Part shown: positions 29,194 through 40,538 of the stretch, piece after piece
How positions within the stretch are numbered: the first letter of the stretch is position 1
Layout of the letters: each line of letters begins with the position of its first letter
Source: Gemmatimonadota bacterium
GTDB lineage: Bacteria; Gemmatimonadota; Gemmatimonadetes; Gemmatimonadales; GWC2-71-9
Direction: 5' to 3'
Assembly (NCBI GenBank): GCA_036679645.1
Contig: JAZDCY010000015.1
Location: 1 to 64,000, forward strand
Length of the DNA: 64,000 nucleotides
Position numbers and translations under genes: made by a program
Notes under the pieces: generated by a model
The model's database searches: none
Told to the model about the DNA's origin: nothing
Seen by the model: only the letters and a program-made list of their open reading frames with translations

Positions 29194-32100
29194 ATGCGAC
29201 GTCTCCTTCCCCTCGTACTACTCGTCTTCGTTTCCACTCCCGCCTCAGCCCAGCACATCGATCCTCTCATCGACACGACACTGTACCAGGCCCTGCAGTG
29301 GCGCAACATCGGCCCGTTTCGTGGTGGACGGTCGGTGGCGGTGACGGGCGTCGCGTCGGATCCCAACACCTACTACTTCGGTGGGGTGGGTGGCGGCGTG
29401 TGGAAGACGGACGACGCGGGCGAGACGTGGAGCAATGTGTCCGATGGGTTTCTCCACACCAGCTCGGTCGGTGCCATTGCCGTCGCGCCGTCCGATCCCA
29501 ACGTCGTCTACGTCGGGATGGGCGAGCATGCCGTGCGAGGGGTCACTACATCACACGGGGACGGTGTCTACCGCTCGACCGATGCGGGCAAGACGTGGAC
29601 ACACGTGGGCCTCGAGCGCACGCGAGCCATCTCGCGTATTCGTATCCACCCGACGAATCCGGATCTAGTCTACGTGGCGGCACAGGGGGCGCCATACGGT
29701 GCGACGGAAGATCGCGGCATCTACCGATCGGCCGACGGGGGAGACACCTGGGAAAAGGTGCTGTACGTCGCCGAAACCGCGGGCGCGAGTGATCTCAGCA
29801 TGGACGTCACCAATCCGCGCATTCTCTACGCGGCGTTTTGGGATCACCTGCGCCGGCCCTGGGAGGTGCGCAGCGGCGGTCCGGGCAGCGGGATCTGGAA
29901 GTCGACCGACGGTGGCGATACGTGGGAGCGACTCACCGAAGGATTGCCGGAGGTGATGGGCAAGACGTCTGTCGATGTGTCACCGGCCAACCCAAACCGC
30001 GTCTGGGCCATGATCGAGGCGGAGCGCGGCGGTCTGTACCGGTCGGACGATGCGGGAAAGACGTGGCGACGGCTCAACTCGGATCGGGTGCTCCAGGCGC
30101 GCGCGTGGTATTACATCGAGGTCTTCGCCGATCCCCAGGACGAAGAGACGGTCTACGTCCTCAACGCGCCCATGATGCGCTCGGTCGACGGCGGCCGAAG
30201 TTTTCGCAACGTGTCCACCCCGCACGGCGACAATCACGATCTCTGGATCAACCCTACGAATAACCAGGTCATGATCAACGCCAACGATGGTGGGGCGAAC
30301 ATCTCGTTCAATGCCGGTCGCTCCTGGTCCTCACAACGGAACCAACCGACCGCGCAGTTCTATCGGGTCAACACCGACAACCGGTTCCCCTACTGGGTGT
30401 ACGGCGGACAGCAGGACAACAGCTCCGTGGCAATCGCGAGCCGAACGACGGACGCGTCGATCGACTGGAAGGACTGGCACGCGGTGGCCGGGTGCGAGAG
30501 TGCGTACCTGGCGTTCGATCGAGATGACCCTACACTCGTCTATGGCGGATGCTACCAGGGGCAGATAGCCGAATGGGATGCGACCACCAACACCACCCGG
30601 TCGATCATGGCGTACCCGTTCCTGGGGCTGGGGATGGAGCCCAAAGACATGCGGTACCGCTTCAACTGGAACGCGCCGATCGTGATGTCCACGCATGACC
30701 CGAACGTGGTGTACCATGCGGGGAACGTGCTGTTGCGAACGCGGGATCGCGGGATGACGTGGCAGGAGATCTCACCCGACCTCACGCGGGACGAAGAGGA
30801 TAAGCAGGGACCCGGCGGCGTGCCTATCACGAAAGAGGGGGCCGGCGGAGAGGTCTACAACACGATCATGTACGTCGCCGAGTCACCACACGACGCGCGT
30901 ACGATCTGGGTGGGTACCGACGACGGGCTGGTGCACGTGACGCGGGACGCGGGAACGACCTGGACCGACGTCACCCCGGACGGGATCGGGACGGCAATGG
31001 TCAACGCTATCGAGGTGTCGCCGCACGACACCGCGACGGCCTATCTCGCCGTGACCAACTACAAGTACAACGACTTCACGCCCCATATTTACCGCACCGA
31101 CGATTACGGGCGGAACTGGCGCCGCATCGTGCGGGGGATTGCAGCAGAGGCCTGGGTCCGTGTGGTGCGCGAGGACCCCGTGCGGCCCGGTCTGCTGTAT
31201 GCCGGTACCGAGACCGGCGTGTACGTCTCGTTCGATGCGGGTGCGCACTGGCAGTCGCTACAGCTCAACCTGCCGGTCACGCCGATCACCGATCTGCGCA
31301 TCCAGGACGACGATCTCGTGGCCGCGACTCAGGGCCGGGCGTTCTGGATACTCGATGACCTGACACCGCTGCAGCAGCTTAGCGACGATGTGGTCTCGCA
31401 GGAGAAACACCTGTTCCGGCCCCGGCAGACGCATCTGATGGGTGGGGGGAGTGGCAATCCGAGCAACGCGGGACGCAATCCACCCAACGGTGCGGTCATC
31501 TACTACACCATGCGGGACGTGCCCGACTCGGTGCGGATCGACATACTCGATTCCGATGGCGAGACCGTCAGGACGTACGAACGGCGCGAGGGGGACACAA
31601 CTGCCGCCGCCCCCGGGCAAGGGACCGCGGGACCAGGCGGCCCGCCGGGACCGAGCGGCCCCGGCCGGATCGATCCGAAGCCCGGGCAGAATCGTCTGGT
31701 GTGGAACCTGGCCTACGAGTCCATGCCCAGGGTACAGGGACTCTTCGTTTTCGGCAGCCTGAACGGACGGCGCGTCCCGCCGGGTACGTACACCGTGCGC
31801 CTGATCGCGGGATCGGATACGCTGTCGCAGCCGGTCGATGTGGTGCCGGACCCGCGGATGCACCACGCGCAGTCGGACTACGATGCGCAGGCAGTGTTCC
31901 TCCGCTCAATTCAGGAACAGGTTACGGCCATCCACGAGATGGTGACACAGGTCCGCGATATCCGCACACAGGTGAAGGACTTCCTCACGCGGCTAGAGGA
32001 CGGGGAAGACGAGGACAGCATCCGGACGCGCGGTGAGGCCCTCATGGGGCAGCTCACCGACCTCGAGGAGGCGCTGGTGCAGCCGGACCAGAAGACTTTC

Positions 32101-32337
32101 CAAGACGTGATCAACTTCCCCAACCGGCTCAACGCCAACTTGATTTATCTGGCCGGAGCGGTCTCGGGTCCGGACCCTCGAATCTCTGCGGGCGCCCGTG
32201 AGCGGTTGGACGATCTCTCCGCCGAGTGGGCTCTGTCTCAGGAGACGTTTCGCGATGCGCTTCATCGGCTTGCGGAGTGGAACGGTCTTGTCCGCGACGC
32301 TGGGATCCCGGCGGTGACAGTGACGCCCCCGAACTAG
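29194..32337 (+). CDS. Secreted VPS10/BNR-repeat glycosyl-hydrolase-like protein
   Basis: Signal peptide, [12 protein letters not shown], many SxDxGxTW Asp-box repeats and RFNWNAP. Confidence 0.9.
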   Translation: MRRLLPLVLLVFVSTPASAQHIDPLIDTTLYQALQWRNIGPFRGGRSVAVTGVASDPNTYYFGGVGGGVWKTDDAGETWSNVSDGFLHTSSVGAIAVAPSDPNVVYVGMGEHAVRGVTTSHGDGVYRSTDAGKTWTHVGLERTRAISRIRIHPTNPDLVYVAAQGAPYGATEDRGIYRSADGGDTWEKVLYVAETAGASDLSMDVTNPRILYAAFWDHLRRPWEVRSGGPGSGIWKSTDGGDTWERLTEGLPEVMGKTSVDVSPANPNRVWAMIEAERGGLYRSDDAGKTWRRLNSDRVLQARAWYYIEVFADPQDEETVYVLNAPMMRSVDGGRSFRNVSTPHGDNHDLWINPTNNQVMINANDGGANISFNAGRSWSSQRNQPTAQFYRVNTDNRFPYWVYGGQQDNSSVAIASRTTDASIDWKDWHAVAGCESAYLAFDRDDPTLVYGGCYQGQIAEWDATTNTTRSIMAYPFLGLGMEPKDMRYRFNWNAPIVMSTHDPNVVYHAGNVLLRTRDRGMTWQEISPDLTRDEEDKQGPGGVPITKEGAGGEVYNTIMYVAESPHDARTIWVGTDDGLVHVTRDAGTTWTDVTPDGIGTAMVNAIEVSPHDTATAYLAVTNYKYNDFTPHIYRTDDYGRNWRRIVRGIAAEAWVRVVREDPVRPGLLYAGTETGVYVSFDAGAHWQSLQLNLPVTPITDLRIQDDDLVAATQGRAFWILDDLTPLQQLSDDVVSQEKHLFRPRQTHLMGGGSGNPSNAGRNPPNGAVIYYTMRDVPDSVRIDILDSDGETVRTYERREGDTTAAAPGQGTAGPGGPPGPSGPGRIDPKPGQNRLVWNLAYESMPRVQGLFVFGSLNGRRVPPGTYTVRLIAGSDTLSQPVDVVPDPRMHHAQSDYDAQAVFLRSIQEQVTAIHEMVTQVRDIRTQVKDFLTRLEDGEDEDSIRTRGEALMGQLTDLEEALVQPDQKTFQDVINFPNRLNANLIYLAGAVSGPDPRISAGARERLDDLSAEWALSQETFRDALHRLAEWNGLVRDAGIPAVTVTPPN

Positions 32338-32543
32338 GGGCACGCACGTCGTGGCCCGCGAGGGATTCCGGACGTCGCTCGGCCCATAGCGTTCTAAGAA
32401 GCTCCCGCCAGCGCCGGCGACCCACCTCGTTGTGCTCTGCTGGAGGGGGATCGTTTGGCGCGCAAGCAGTGTATCTTGCGAGGTCTTTCTTTAGATTCTG
32501 CGCCCATTCCGGGCAGCCAGCCACACTTTGGACAGAGGACGGT

Positions 32544-34940
32544 ATGAGACAGGTTCGGACGGCTTTGCTCGCGGCGGCAGCCGCGCTACTCGTTGCGAAA
32601 TCGGCCGCGGCACAGACCTACGCCGATGCGCCTCGGGCGATGGCGGGATATGGGCGTGCGGTGGCCGTTGCGGGCCGCGACGTGATTGCTACCGAGGCGC
32701 TCAACGCGGGTCGTCCCGGTGTCATCTTCGTCTATCGCAAGCAGGGAGACCAGTGGGTCGAGGTCGCTCAGCTCACCGCGTCCGATGCGACCGCCGGCGA
32801 TCGGTTCGGCCGGGCGGTTGCGGTGGACGGCAACACCATGGTGGCGGGCGCGACGACGGCCAATCAATCGATCGGTGCGGCGTACATCCTGAACCGAGAC
32901 GACGCCGGCCGGTGGGCCGAGGTGGCCCGGCTCGCGGCAGGCGACGGGGTTGAGGGCGATGCGCTTGGCCGCGCGGTGGCAATCGACGGTGATTGGGCGT
33001 TCGTGGCGTCGGTGGCGAACAACCAGGCTGCGGGCGCGGTGTACGTCTTTCGGCGTTCCGGATCGTCGTGGGCGGAGCACTCGAAGCTCACGGGTGATAG
33101 CCTGAGCGCCGGCGATTTCTTCGGCATCTCCCTCTCGGCGTCGGATGGCTGGTTGGTCGTTGGGGCGCCGCGCCACGACAGCCGTAAGGGCGCGGCGTAC
33201 GTGTTCCGGTACGATGACGACAGCGACCAGTGGACGCAGACCGCCACGCTCGCGGGTACCGGTGTCGAGAACAACCACCAGTTCGGGACCGTCGTGCTGA
33301 CCGAAGGTGGCCGCGCAATGGTGAGCGCGCCCTTTGCCAATCAGTTCGCGGGCGTCGTGCACTCCTTCCGCTACGACGACGACCAGGCGGAATGGACCGA
33401 AGTCGGGCAGCTCGCGGCGTTCGACGGCGGCGGGCAACACCGGTTCGGCTCCACGATGGCGCACGCCGGTATGGAGTTGTGGGTGGGCGCGCCCGGCGCC
33501 TCGCGCTTCGAGGGACGGGTCTACGCTTTTATGCACGATCCCGAGGCGGGTGAACTCACCGCCAGCATCAAGATCGGTAGCGACCTGTCAGCGCGGGACT
33601 TCTTCGGGGGATCCATCGCGCTGGGAGAGGATGTCGCGGTCGTGGGTGTTCGGGGCGACGACTACGGCGAGGGAACCGCAATCATCTACGAGCGCGAGGG
33701 CCCAGGTCATTGGAAGCGGGCCGCCAAGGTGTTCAGCGAGAGTACCGGGCTCGATCCCATCGTCGGCGGAGAGGTGCAGTGTGCCGGTGGTGTGGCCGCG
33801 CAGTTCGATTGCGGGCAGGTCGATATGGTCGCGTTCCTCCCGGTCTCCGCAATCGGCGGCAGCAGGGGCGTTCGTGTGAACGACGTGTGGGGCTGGACCG
33901 ATACCGAGACGGGTCACGAGTACGCTCTCGTCGGCCGGCTCGACGGTGCGGCATTCGTCGACGTGACCGACGCCGCGAATCCCGTCTTCGTCGGTGACCT
34001 GCCTCGCACCGAAGGCTCACCCGGCTCGACGTGGCGGGACATCAAGGTCTACCAGAATCACGCGTTCATCGTCGCCGATGGCGCCGGTCAGCACGGGATG
34101 CAGGTGTTCGACCTCACGCGGCTGCGCAACGTGGTGGGCGCGCCGGTGACGTTCGATGAGGACGCGCACTACGACGGGATCGCGAGCGCGCACAATATCG
34201 TCATCAATGAGGAGAGCGGGTTTGCCTATGCGGTAGGCAGCCGTTCGGGTGGTGAGACATGTGGCGGGGGACTCCACATGATCAACATCCAGGAACCCAC
34301 CCGGCCCACGTTTGCGGGGTGCTTTGCGGATCCGGAGACGGGTCGGCGCAGCACGGGATACACCCATGACGCGCAGTGCGTCACCTATTCCGGGCCCGAT
34401 GCCGATCACGCCGGTAGCGAGATCTGCTTTGGCGCAAACGAGACGGCGCTCTCCATCGCGGATGTCACCGACAAGGAACACCCCGTCGCCCTGTCCAGCG
34501 CCTCGTACCCGAACGTCGGGTACACGCACCAGGGGTGGCTCACCGAAGATCAGCGTTACTTCTTCATGAACGATGAGTTGGATGAGTTGCAGGGGAAGGT
34601 TGAGTTCACGCGCACGCTCATCTGGGACGTCACCGATCTCGACGATCCGGTCTTGCTCAAGGAGCACTTCGGCACGCAGCGCTCGACCGATCACAACTTG
34701 TACATCCGGGGCAACCTGATGTACCAGTCGAATTACGTGAGCGGGTTGCGGGTACTCGACATCAGCGATGTCGAGAATCCCGTCGAGGTTGGCTACTTCG
34801 ACACGGTACCCTATGGCGACAACAGCGCCGGTTTCGGCGGCTCGTGGAGTAATTATCCGTTCTTTGCGAGCGGCGTAGTCGTGGTGACGAGCGGGCAGGA
34901 AGGGCTCTTCATTCTGAAGAAGAGAGAACTGGTCCCGTAG
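32544..34940 (+). CDS. Choice-of-anchor B family protein (FG-GAP repeats plus LVIVD-like domain)
   Basis: Signal peptide and FG.AVA..G repeats. NDVWGWTD, WRDIKVY, YTHDAQC, YTHQGWL, DELDE and GSWSNYPFF. Confidence 0.88.
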   Translation: MRQVRTALLAAAAALLVAKSAAAQTYADAPRAMAGYGRAVAVAGRDVIATEALNAGRPGVIFVYRKQGDQWVEVAQLTASDATAGDRFGRAVAVDGNTMVAGATTANQSIGAAYILNRDDAGRWAEVARLAAGDGVEGDALGRAVAIDGDWAFVASVANNQAAGAVYVFRRSGSSWAEHSKLTGDSLSAGDFFGISLSASDGWLVVGAPRHDSRKGAAYVFRYDDDSDQWTQTATLAGTGVENNHQFGTVVLTEGGRAMVSAPFANQFAGVVHSFRYDDDQAEWTEVGQLAAFDGGGQHRFGSTMAHAGMELWVGAPGASRFEGRVYAFMHDPEAGELTASIKIGSDLSARDFFGGSIALGEDVAVVGVRGDDYGEGTAIIYEREGPGHWKRAAKVFSESTGLDPIVGGEVQCAGGVAAQFDCGQVDMVAFLPVSAIGGSRGVRVNDVWGWTDTETGHEYALVGRLDGAAFVDVTDAANPVFVGDLPRTEGSPGSTWRDIKVYQNHAFIVADGAGQHGMQVFDLTRLRNVVGAPVTFDEDAHYDGIASAHNIVINEESGFAYAVGSRSGGETCGGGLHMINIQEPTRPTFAGCFADPETGRRSTGYTHDAQCVTYSGPDADHAGSEICFGANETALSIADVTDKEHPVALSSASYPNVGYTHQGWLTEDQRYFFMNDELDELQGKVEFTRTLIWDVTDLDDPVLLKEHFGTQRSTDHNLYIRGNLMYQSNYVSGLRVLDISDVENPVEVGYFDTVPYGDNSAGFGGSWSNYPFFASGVVVVTSGQEGLFILKKRELVP

Positions 34941-34955
34941 CTGCTGACGCGACAG

Positions 34956-36824
34956 ATGCGGCATCCATCTCGCAGCCTGTTGTCGGCTGCCGTTTCGGTG
35001 GTGCGCCTCGCCGCTGTCTTCCTGACGGCGACGAGTTGCGCAACCCAGACCGGTCGAATGCCCGACAGCCCGACCGCCGCGCGAGGAATACCTTCGTTCG
35101 TGCGGCGACTCGCACCATTTCCCGTCGAACGTCCCGATGGCGTGGCCTACAGCAATCCGTTCATCGGCGGTCTGAACGTGCCGCGGCCGCAGTTCGTCGA
35201 CATCGATCAGGACGGCGACTTCGACCTGTTTCTCCAGGAACGGTCGGGCGAGATCATGTTCTTCGAAAACGTGGGGACCGGGACACGCCCCGAGTATCTG
35301 TGGCGCTCGGACCGGTTTGGCAATATCGCGGTGGGCGAGTGGTATCGTTTTGTCGATATGGACGGGGACGGCGACTACGATCTGCTCGCCGAGGAGCGGT
35401 TCAGCCATATCCGCTACTATCGCAATGACGGCCGGCCGGGCGCGCCCGCTTTCACGCTCGCCGCCGACACGCTGCGCGATGCGGCGGGACAACCGTTGTT
35501 CTCGGATCGCCAGAACATCCCGAACGTCACGGACATCGATTGCGACGGCAGGCTCGATCTGTTCATTGGCCGGCTGGTGGGGACGGTGAGCCGCTACGAG
35601 GTGGTGACGACCGACGAGGCCGGCGTTCCGCGATTTGAATTGGTCACTGACCGGTTCGAGGATATCGAGATCATAGCACAGATCGGATCCCTTCACGGCG
35701 CGAATACGTTGACGTTCGCAGATGTCGATGCAGACGGCGACCAGGACCTGTTCTGGGGTGATTTCTTCGAGCCAGGGTTGCTGTTCATAGAAAATACGGG
35801 CCCAAACTGTGCGACGCCCGTCCTACGCGGCGAACCGGTGCCGTTCCCTGAGTCGAATCCGCTCGCGACGAGCGGATACAACGCGCCCACCTTTGCCGAC
35901 GTCGATGGCGACGGCGATCCGGATTTGCTCGTTGGGGTGATCGGCGGTGCCTACAACGCCAACCGCACGGCCGCCGACAACATGAACTTCTACGAGCAGT
36001 TGTCAGACGGGGACTTCGTCCTGCGGTCCGACCGATACGTCGGTGGCGTGGACATCGGTAGCGAGAGCGTTCCGGTCTTCATCGACGACGACGGAGACGG
36101 CGATCAGGACATGTGGCTTGGCAACAAGATCCAACCCGATGATCCGCGGACCGCACGCCTCTACCGTTTCGAGAATATCGGATCGCCGACGGCACCCGCG
36201 TTCTGGCTCACCGATACACTCGAGCTGTCGGGCACGTACCACCTGCTGCCGGCGTTCGGCGACCTCGACGGTGATGGCGACCGCGACATGGTACTCGGTT
36301 CCTGGAAGGCCGACGTTGCGTACTACCGGAACGAGGGATACAACGGCGTTGCCCGGTTCACGTTGGTGGATTCGTCGATGGTGAAACTCACACGCGGGAG
36401 CAATACAGCGCCCGCGCTGGTGGACATCGACGCCGACGGCGATCTGGATCTGTTCATTGGGGAGGCGTCCGGTACTCTGAACTTCTATCGCAACGAAGGA
36501 ACCGCATTGGCACCGCAGTTTGTGCTCGTGAGCGACCGCTATCTGGACATCGATGTGGGACGACGGAGTTTCCCGGTATTCGTCGATCTCGATCGCGATG
36601 GCGACCAGGATCTCATACTCGGCAGGGAAGCCGGAGTGATTGCCTACTACAGGAACGACGGGACACCGCAAGTTCCACGGTTCGTTGCTGACTCGGGATT
36701 CGCGCTCGAGTTGGATGGGTACTCGATGCCGGCGTTCGTGGACCTGGACGGCGACGGAGATCTGGATGTGGTGAGTGGCGGGGCCGGGGGCGGTCTGCTG
36801 TACTTCGAGAATCAACGGAGATAA
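34956..36824 (+). CDS. FG-GAP/VCBS repeat (lipo)protein
   Basis: Repeated PxFVDxDGDGDxDL...YYRNxGT units and a possible lipobox ATSC. Confidence 0.85.
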   Translation: MRHPSRSLLSAAVSVVRLAAVFLTATSCATQTGRMPDSPTAARGIPSFVRRLAPFPVERPDGVAYSNPFIGGLNVPRPQFVDIDQDGDFDLFLQERSGEIMFFENVGTGTRPEYLWRSDRFGNIAVGEWYRFVDMDGDGDYDLLAEERFSHIRYYRNDGRPGAPAFTLAADTLRDAAGQPLFSDRQNIPNVTDIDCDGRLDLFIGRLVGTVSRYEVVTTDEAGVPRFELVTDRFEDIEIIAQIGSLHGANTLTFADVDADGDQDLFWGDFFEPGLLFIENTGPNCATPVLRGEPVPFPESNPLATSGYNAPTFADVDGDGDPDLLVGVIGGAYNANRTAADNMNFYEQLSDGDFVLRSDRYVGGVDIGSESVPVFIDDDGDGDQDMWLGNKIQPDDPRTARLYRFENIGSPTAPAFWLTDTLELSGTYHLLPAFGDLDGDGDRDMVLGSWKADVAYYRNEGYNGVARFTLVDSSMVKLTRGSNTAPALVDIDADGDLDLFIGEASGTLNFYRNEGTALAPQFVLVSDRYLDIDVGRRSFPVFVDLDRDGDQDLILGREAGVIAYYRNDGTPQVPRFVADSGFALELDGYSMPAFVDLDGDGDLDVVSGGAGGGLLYFENQRR

Positions 36825-37849
36825 GGGAAACGAGCACGCCGTTCGTCCCGGCTTGGTGGCTACCGGGCGCGCACGCGCAGACGGTAGGGGCGCGGCTCAC
36901 GCGGACCCGGCGAGGCGTCACGCTGACACGGGAACGCCTCGATCTGCCCGACGGCGATTTCGTGGATCTCGATTGGGCGGAAATCGCGTCTGAGCGGCCT
37001 TCAGGCCTGGTGCTGGTTCTTCATGGTCTCGAAGGATCGGCGCGGTCAAAATACGCGTTCGAGATCTACCGGCAGCTGACACGTCGCGGGGTGGCGGCGG
37101 TGGGGCTGAACTTCCGCTCGTGCAGCGGCGAGTTGAATCGCGGACGTCGTCTGTACCACTCTGGGGAGACCGAGGACATGCGGTACGTGCTGCGTGTGCT
37201 CAGGGAGCGATTCCCCGATAGACCAATTGGAGCCGTAGGTGTCTCGTTGGGTGGGAACGTGCTGCTCAAGTATCTCGGTGAAGAGGGTCGCGGGGCGGGG
37301 GTGGGGGCGGACGGCTCCGGGGTGATCCCTATGGCCGCTGCGGCCATCTCGGTGCCGTACGATCTGTCGGCGGGTGCCGACTACCTCGAACGCGGTTTCG
37401 CCCGCGTTTACGTGGGGCGGCTGTTGCGTTCGCTCAAGGCCAAGGTGCGCGCGCGCGTTGACGAGCTGGGATCGCTGCTGGACGTCCCTCGTTCACTCGC
37501 GTCGCGCACATTTTGGGAATTTGACGATGCCGCAACGGCTCCACTCCACGGGTTCGCGTCCGCCAAGGAGTACTATCAGCGGTCGAGTTCCAATCAGTTC
37601 CTGGCCGACATCACGATTCCCACGCGACTGATCCACGCGGCCGACGATCCGTTCCTGCCGGCGACCGCTCTTCCGCACGATGCCATCCGTGCCAACGCGC
37701 TGCTCGACGCGCACTTCACGGAACGCGGTGGGCACGTGGGGTTCGTGACGGGGCATCCATGGTCGCGTCGCTATTGGGCGGAAGAGATGGCGGTGACATT
37801 CGTCTCATCACACCTCACCGCGTCGCTCGCCGCGCAGCCGGGCTCATGA
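36821..37849 (+). CDS. YheT-family alpha/beta hydrolase
   Basis: HGLEGS, NFRSCSG, YHSGET, GVSLGG, DDPF and GGHVGF. The conserved N-terminus FVPAWWLPGAHAQT lies upstream of the first canonical start (36962), so an ATA start at 36821 is proposed. Confidence 0.85.
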   Translation: MRETSTPFVPAWWLPGAHAQTVGARLTRTRRGVTLTRERLDLPDGDFVDLDWAEIASERPSGLVLVLHGLEGSARSKYAFEIYRQLTRRGVAAVGLNFRSCSGELNRGRRLYHSGETEDMRYVLRVLRERFPDRPIGAVGVSLGGNVLLKYLGEEGRGAGVGADGSGVIPMAAAAISVPYDLSAGADYLERGFARVYVGRLLRSLKAKVRARVDELGSLLDVPRSLASRTFWEFDDAATAPLHGFASAKEYYQRSSSNQFLADITIPTRLIHAADDPFLPATALPHDAIRANALLDAHFTERGGHVGFVTGHPWSRRYWAEEMAVTFVSSHLTASLAAQPGS

Positions 37850-38163
37850 CCGATCCACCGGTCCCCATCGCCATCCACCGCACCGACGACGCGATTACCA
37901 TTACGTGGCAGGAGGGACACACAGGTGTCTATCCGGCGCGCGACCTCCGACTGGCGTGCCAGTGCGCAGCATGCAAGGAGGAGATGACGGGCCGAGCGCT
38001 GCTCGATCCCGCGACTCTTCCCGAGGAGATCGCACCGCTCAAGGTGGAGCTGGTTGGGGCGTACGCAATCAAGTTCGCGTGGAGCGACGGTCACGATACG
38101 GGGATCTATACGTATGAGTACTTGAGGGCGATTTGTCCTTGCGGGTGTCGGGGTGATGATTAG
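37846..38163 (+). CDS. DUF971 / GBBH-like N-terminal domain protein
   Basis: LRLACQCAAC, VGAYAI...WSDGHDTGIY and an ATGA overlap with the hydrolase. Confidence 0.88.
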   Translation: MTDPPVPIAIHRTDDAITITWQEGHTGVYPARDLRLACQCAACKEEMTGRALLDPATLPEEIAPLKVELVGAYAIKFAWSDGHDTGIYTYEYLRAICPCGCRGDD

Positions 38164-38250
38164 TGATGTGAGAATACTTATTGGCGATTACTGATTTGGC
38201 CGCGCACGCCAATCTCCAATCGCTAATCACCAATCAGTAATCACAAATCG
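38157..38250. repeat. 7-nt periodic palindromic element
   Basis: Left arm gattagt/gatt.. and right arm aatctcc-aatcgct-aatcacc-aatcagt-aatcaca-aatcg. Confidence 0.75.
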
Positions 38251-38261
38251 TGAGAGGCAGC

Positions 38262-39317
38262 GTGATACACGAACTGATCGAAGGCTGGGATGGGATGGGG
38301 GTCGTGACGTCGCACGATGCCGATACGGGCACGTGGTTCTTCATTGCGCTCCATGACACGACGCTCGGGCCGGCCGTCGGCGGGACCCGCATGAAGGTGT
38401 ATGACTCGCCGGACGACGGTCTCCGTGACGCCATGCGTCTGGGCGAGGGCATGACCTACAAGTGGGCGGGTGTGGGCATCGAGTTCGGCGGGGGCAAAGG
38501 CGTGATCGCCTTGTCGCGTCCGCTGTCCGACGGCGAGCGCGCCGCCGTGCTCAAGCGGTACGGTAGGTTGATCGCTTCGCTGCGCGGCAGTTTCCAGACG
38601 GGACAGGATCTGGGCACGACACCCGAAGACATGGTGGCGATCGCGCGTGAGGCGAAATTCGTGCATGGCATCGATCGGGAAGCGTGGACGGCCCTGGATC
38701 CGGGACCCTACACCGCGCTGGGTGTGTTCGTTGGTATCCGCGCTGCCGTCAAACATGTCTTTGGATCGGACGATCTCACGGGGAAGAGCGTGCTCATCCA
38801 GGGTGCGGGTGACGTCGGCGCGCCTTTGGCCCGACAGCTGCGCGATGCCGGAGCCAAGGTTCTGGTGACTGACATCGACAGCGCTCGCGAGGAGGCGTTG
38901 GCGCAGGAGGTGGATGGTCCGGTCGTCGATCCTGCCCAGGTTTACGAGACCCCCTGCGACGTGTACGCGCCGTGTGCGATCGGAGCGACGGTCAATGCCG
39001 AGACCATTCCGCTACTGGCGTGCCGCATCGTCGCGGGGTCGGCCAACAATCAACTGGCGGAAGCCGAGGACGCCGCGCGACTGCACGCACGCGGGATTCT
39101 GTATGCTCCGGACTACATCATCAATGGTGGTGGGGCGGCGGCCTTTGGGATGATGGCACACGGCACGACGGACGACACGGCGTTGTTCGCTCGGTGCGAG
39201 CAGATAGGCGAGGTACTCGCTGAGATCTTCGATGAAGCCGCCGAGCGAGACGAGTCGCCGCTGAACGCGGCGCGACGGCGGGTGGATCGGGTCCTACGAG
39301 TTGAGATTGGAGATTAG
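38262..39317 (+). CDS. Glu/Leu/Phe/Val dehydrogenase (leucine dehydrogenase-like)
   Basis: LGPAVGGTR, GMTYK, GGGKG, QGAGDVG, GSANNQL and PDYIINGGG. Confidence 0.92.
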   Translation: MIHELIEGWDGMGVVTSHDADTGTWFFIALHDTTLGPAVGGTRMKVYDSPDDGLRDAMRLGEGMTYKWAGVGIEFGGGKGVIALSRPLSDGERAAVLKRYGRLIASLRGSFQTGQDLGTTPEDMVAIAREAKFVHGIDREAWTALDPGPYTALGVFVGIRAAVKHVFGSDDLTGKSVLIQGAGDVGAPLARQLRDAGAKVLVTDIDSAREEALAQEVDGPVVDPAQVYETPCDVYAPCAIGATVNAETIPLLACRIVAGSANNQLAEAEDAARLHARGILYAPDYIINGGGAAAFGMMAHGTTDDTALFARCEQIGEVLAEIFDEAAERDESPLNAARRRVDRVLRVEIGD

Positions 39318-39453
39318 AGATTGGAGATTGCTGTCGAGAGTGGTGTTCCCCAGAATGATGGACGTCTCTTATCTCGGTGTCCACCAAACCGCGGGAGGCT
39401 CAAGAGGCAGAGCAATCGCCAATCACTAATCTCCAATCAGTAATCTAGAATCG
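39303..39453. repeat. 7-nt periodic palindromic element with an ~80-nt spacer
   Basis: (GAGATTG/A)x4 at 39303-39330 supplies the stop of the dehydrogenase. (AATCNNN)x6 at 39412-39453. Confidence 0.75.
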
Positions 39454-39511
39454 TCCGTCCTGCTCCCCTAGCGCGACCCCGCTGGTGCTAGGTAGCTTGT
39501 GGTGGCTCGAC

Positions 39512-40537
39512 ATGGCCCCACGAGACACCTACGGGCGCCCGCATGGCGCCCTCAGGATATCCGTCACCGATCGGTGCAACCTCAGGTGTGCTTACTGCAT
39601 GCCTGAGGATGACTACGTCTGGCTCCCCCGGCAGTCCATTCTCTCGTTCGAAGAGATCGAGCGGCTGACGCGCGTATTCACGGCACAGGGCGTCAGCAAG
39701 ATCCGCTTGACCGGTGGGGAACCTCTCCTGCGCAGTGACCTCCCCGCGCTCGTGCGCCGGCTCGCCGCGCTTCCCGGCGTCAAAGACCTTGCCCTGACGA
39801 CGAATGCGGTCTTGCTGGAGCGGTATGCCGCGGACCTGCGCGCTGCGGGTCTTCACCGCATTACGGTCAGTCTGGATACGCTGCGGCCCGAACGGTATCG
39901 CGACATGGTGCGCGCCGATCGGCTCGATCAGGCGCTCCGTGGGATCGAGGTGGCCCGCGAGGCAGGGTTCGGCCCAATGAAGTTGAACATGGTTGTGGTG
40001 CGTGGGGTGAACGACGACGAGATGGTCGACATACTAGGGTTCGGCGCGGCGCGTGGCATCGAGGTGCGTTACATCGAATACATGGATGTAGGCGGGGCCA
40101 CTCGCTGGACCTCCGATCTCGTCGTGTCGCGTGCCGATATGCTCGAGCGGTTGTCGGCGGCGCACGGTACGATCGTCGAAGAGGTCCGGGACCACCCTGC
40201 GGCACCAGCCGACCGGTTCAGGCTTCCAGATGGCACGGTGTTCGGCATTGTCGCATCAACGACCCAGCCGTTCTGTCGCACGTGCGATCGCAGCCGGCTC
40301 ACCGCCGACGGGACGTGGTTCCTCTGTCTGTACGCCACCGACGGCGTGGATCTGAAGGAGCTGATGCGTGGCGGTGCGACCGACGCGGAGATCACGGATG
40401 TCATCTCGCGTACATGGGGCGCGCGGACCGACCGCGGCGCCGAGGAGCGGGCGGCCGTGACCGATCGTGCAGCGTTGTATCAGATCGAGGGCCTGCGTGC
40501 GAATCCGCATCGTGAGATGCATACCCGAGGAGGCTGA
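39512..40537 (+). CDS. moaA: GTP 3',8-cyclase MoaA
   Basis: LRISVTDRCNLRCAYC, TGGEPL, FCRTCDRSRLTADG....CL and C-terminal GG. Confidence 0.95.
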   Translation: MAPRDTYGRPHGALRISVTDRCNLRCAYCMPEDDYVWLPRQSILSFEEIERLTRVFTAQGVSKIRLTGGEPLLRSDLPALVRRLAALPGVKDLALTTNAVLLERYAADLRAAGLHRITVSLDTLRPERYRDMVRADRLDQALRGIEVAREAGFGPMKLNMVVVRGVNDDEMVDILGFGAARGIEVRYIEYMDVGGATRWTSDLVVSRADMLERLSAAHGTIVEEVRDHPAAPADRFRLPDGTVFGIVASTTQPFCRTCDRSRLTADGTWFLCLYATDGVDLKELMRGGATDAEITDVISRTWGARTDRGAEERAAVTDRAALYQIEGLRANPHREMHTRGG

Positions 40538-40538
40538 G

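Noticed and set aside
39330..39511. Moco riboswitch upstream of moaA
   Set aside because: The region is mostly heptamer repeat arms and I could not recognise the riboswitch consensus. An Rfam scan would settle it.
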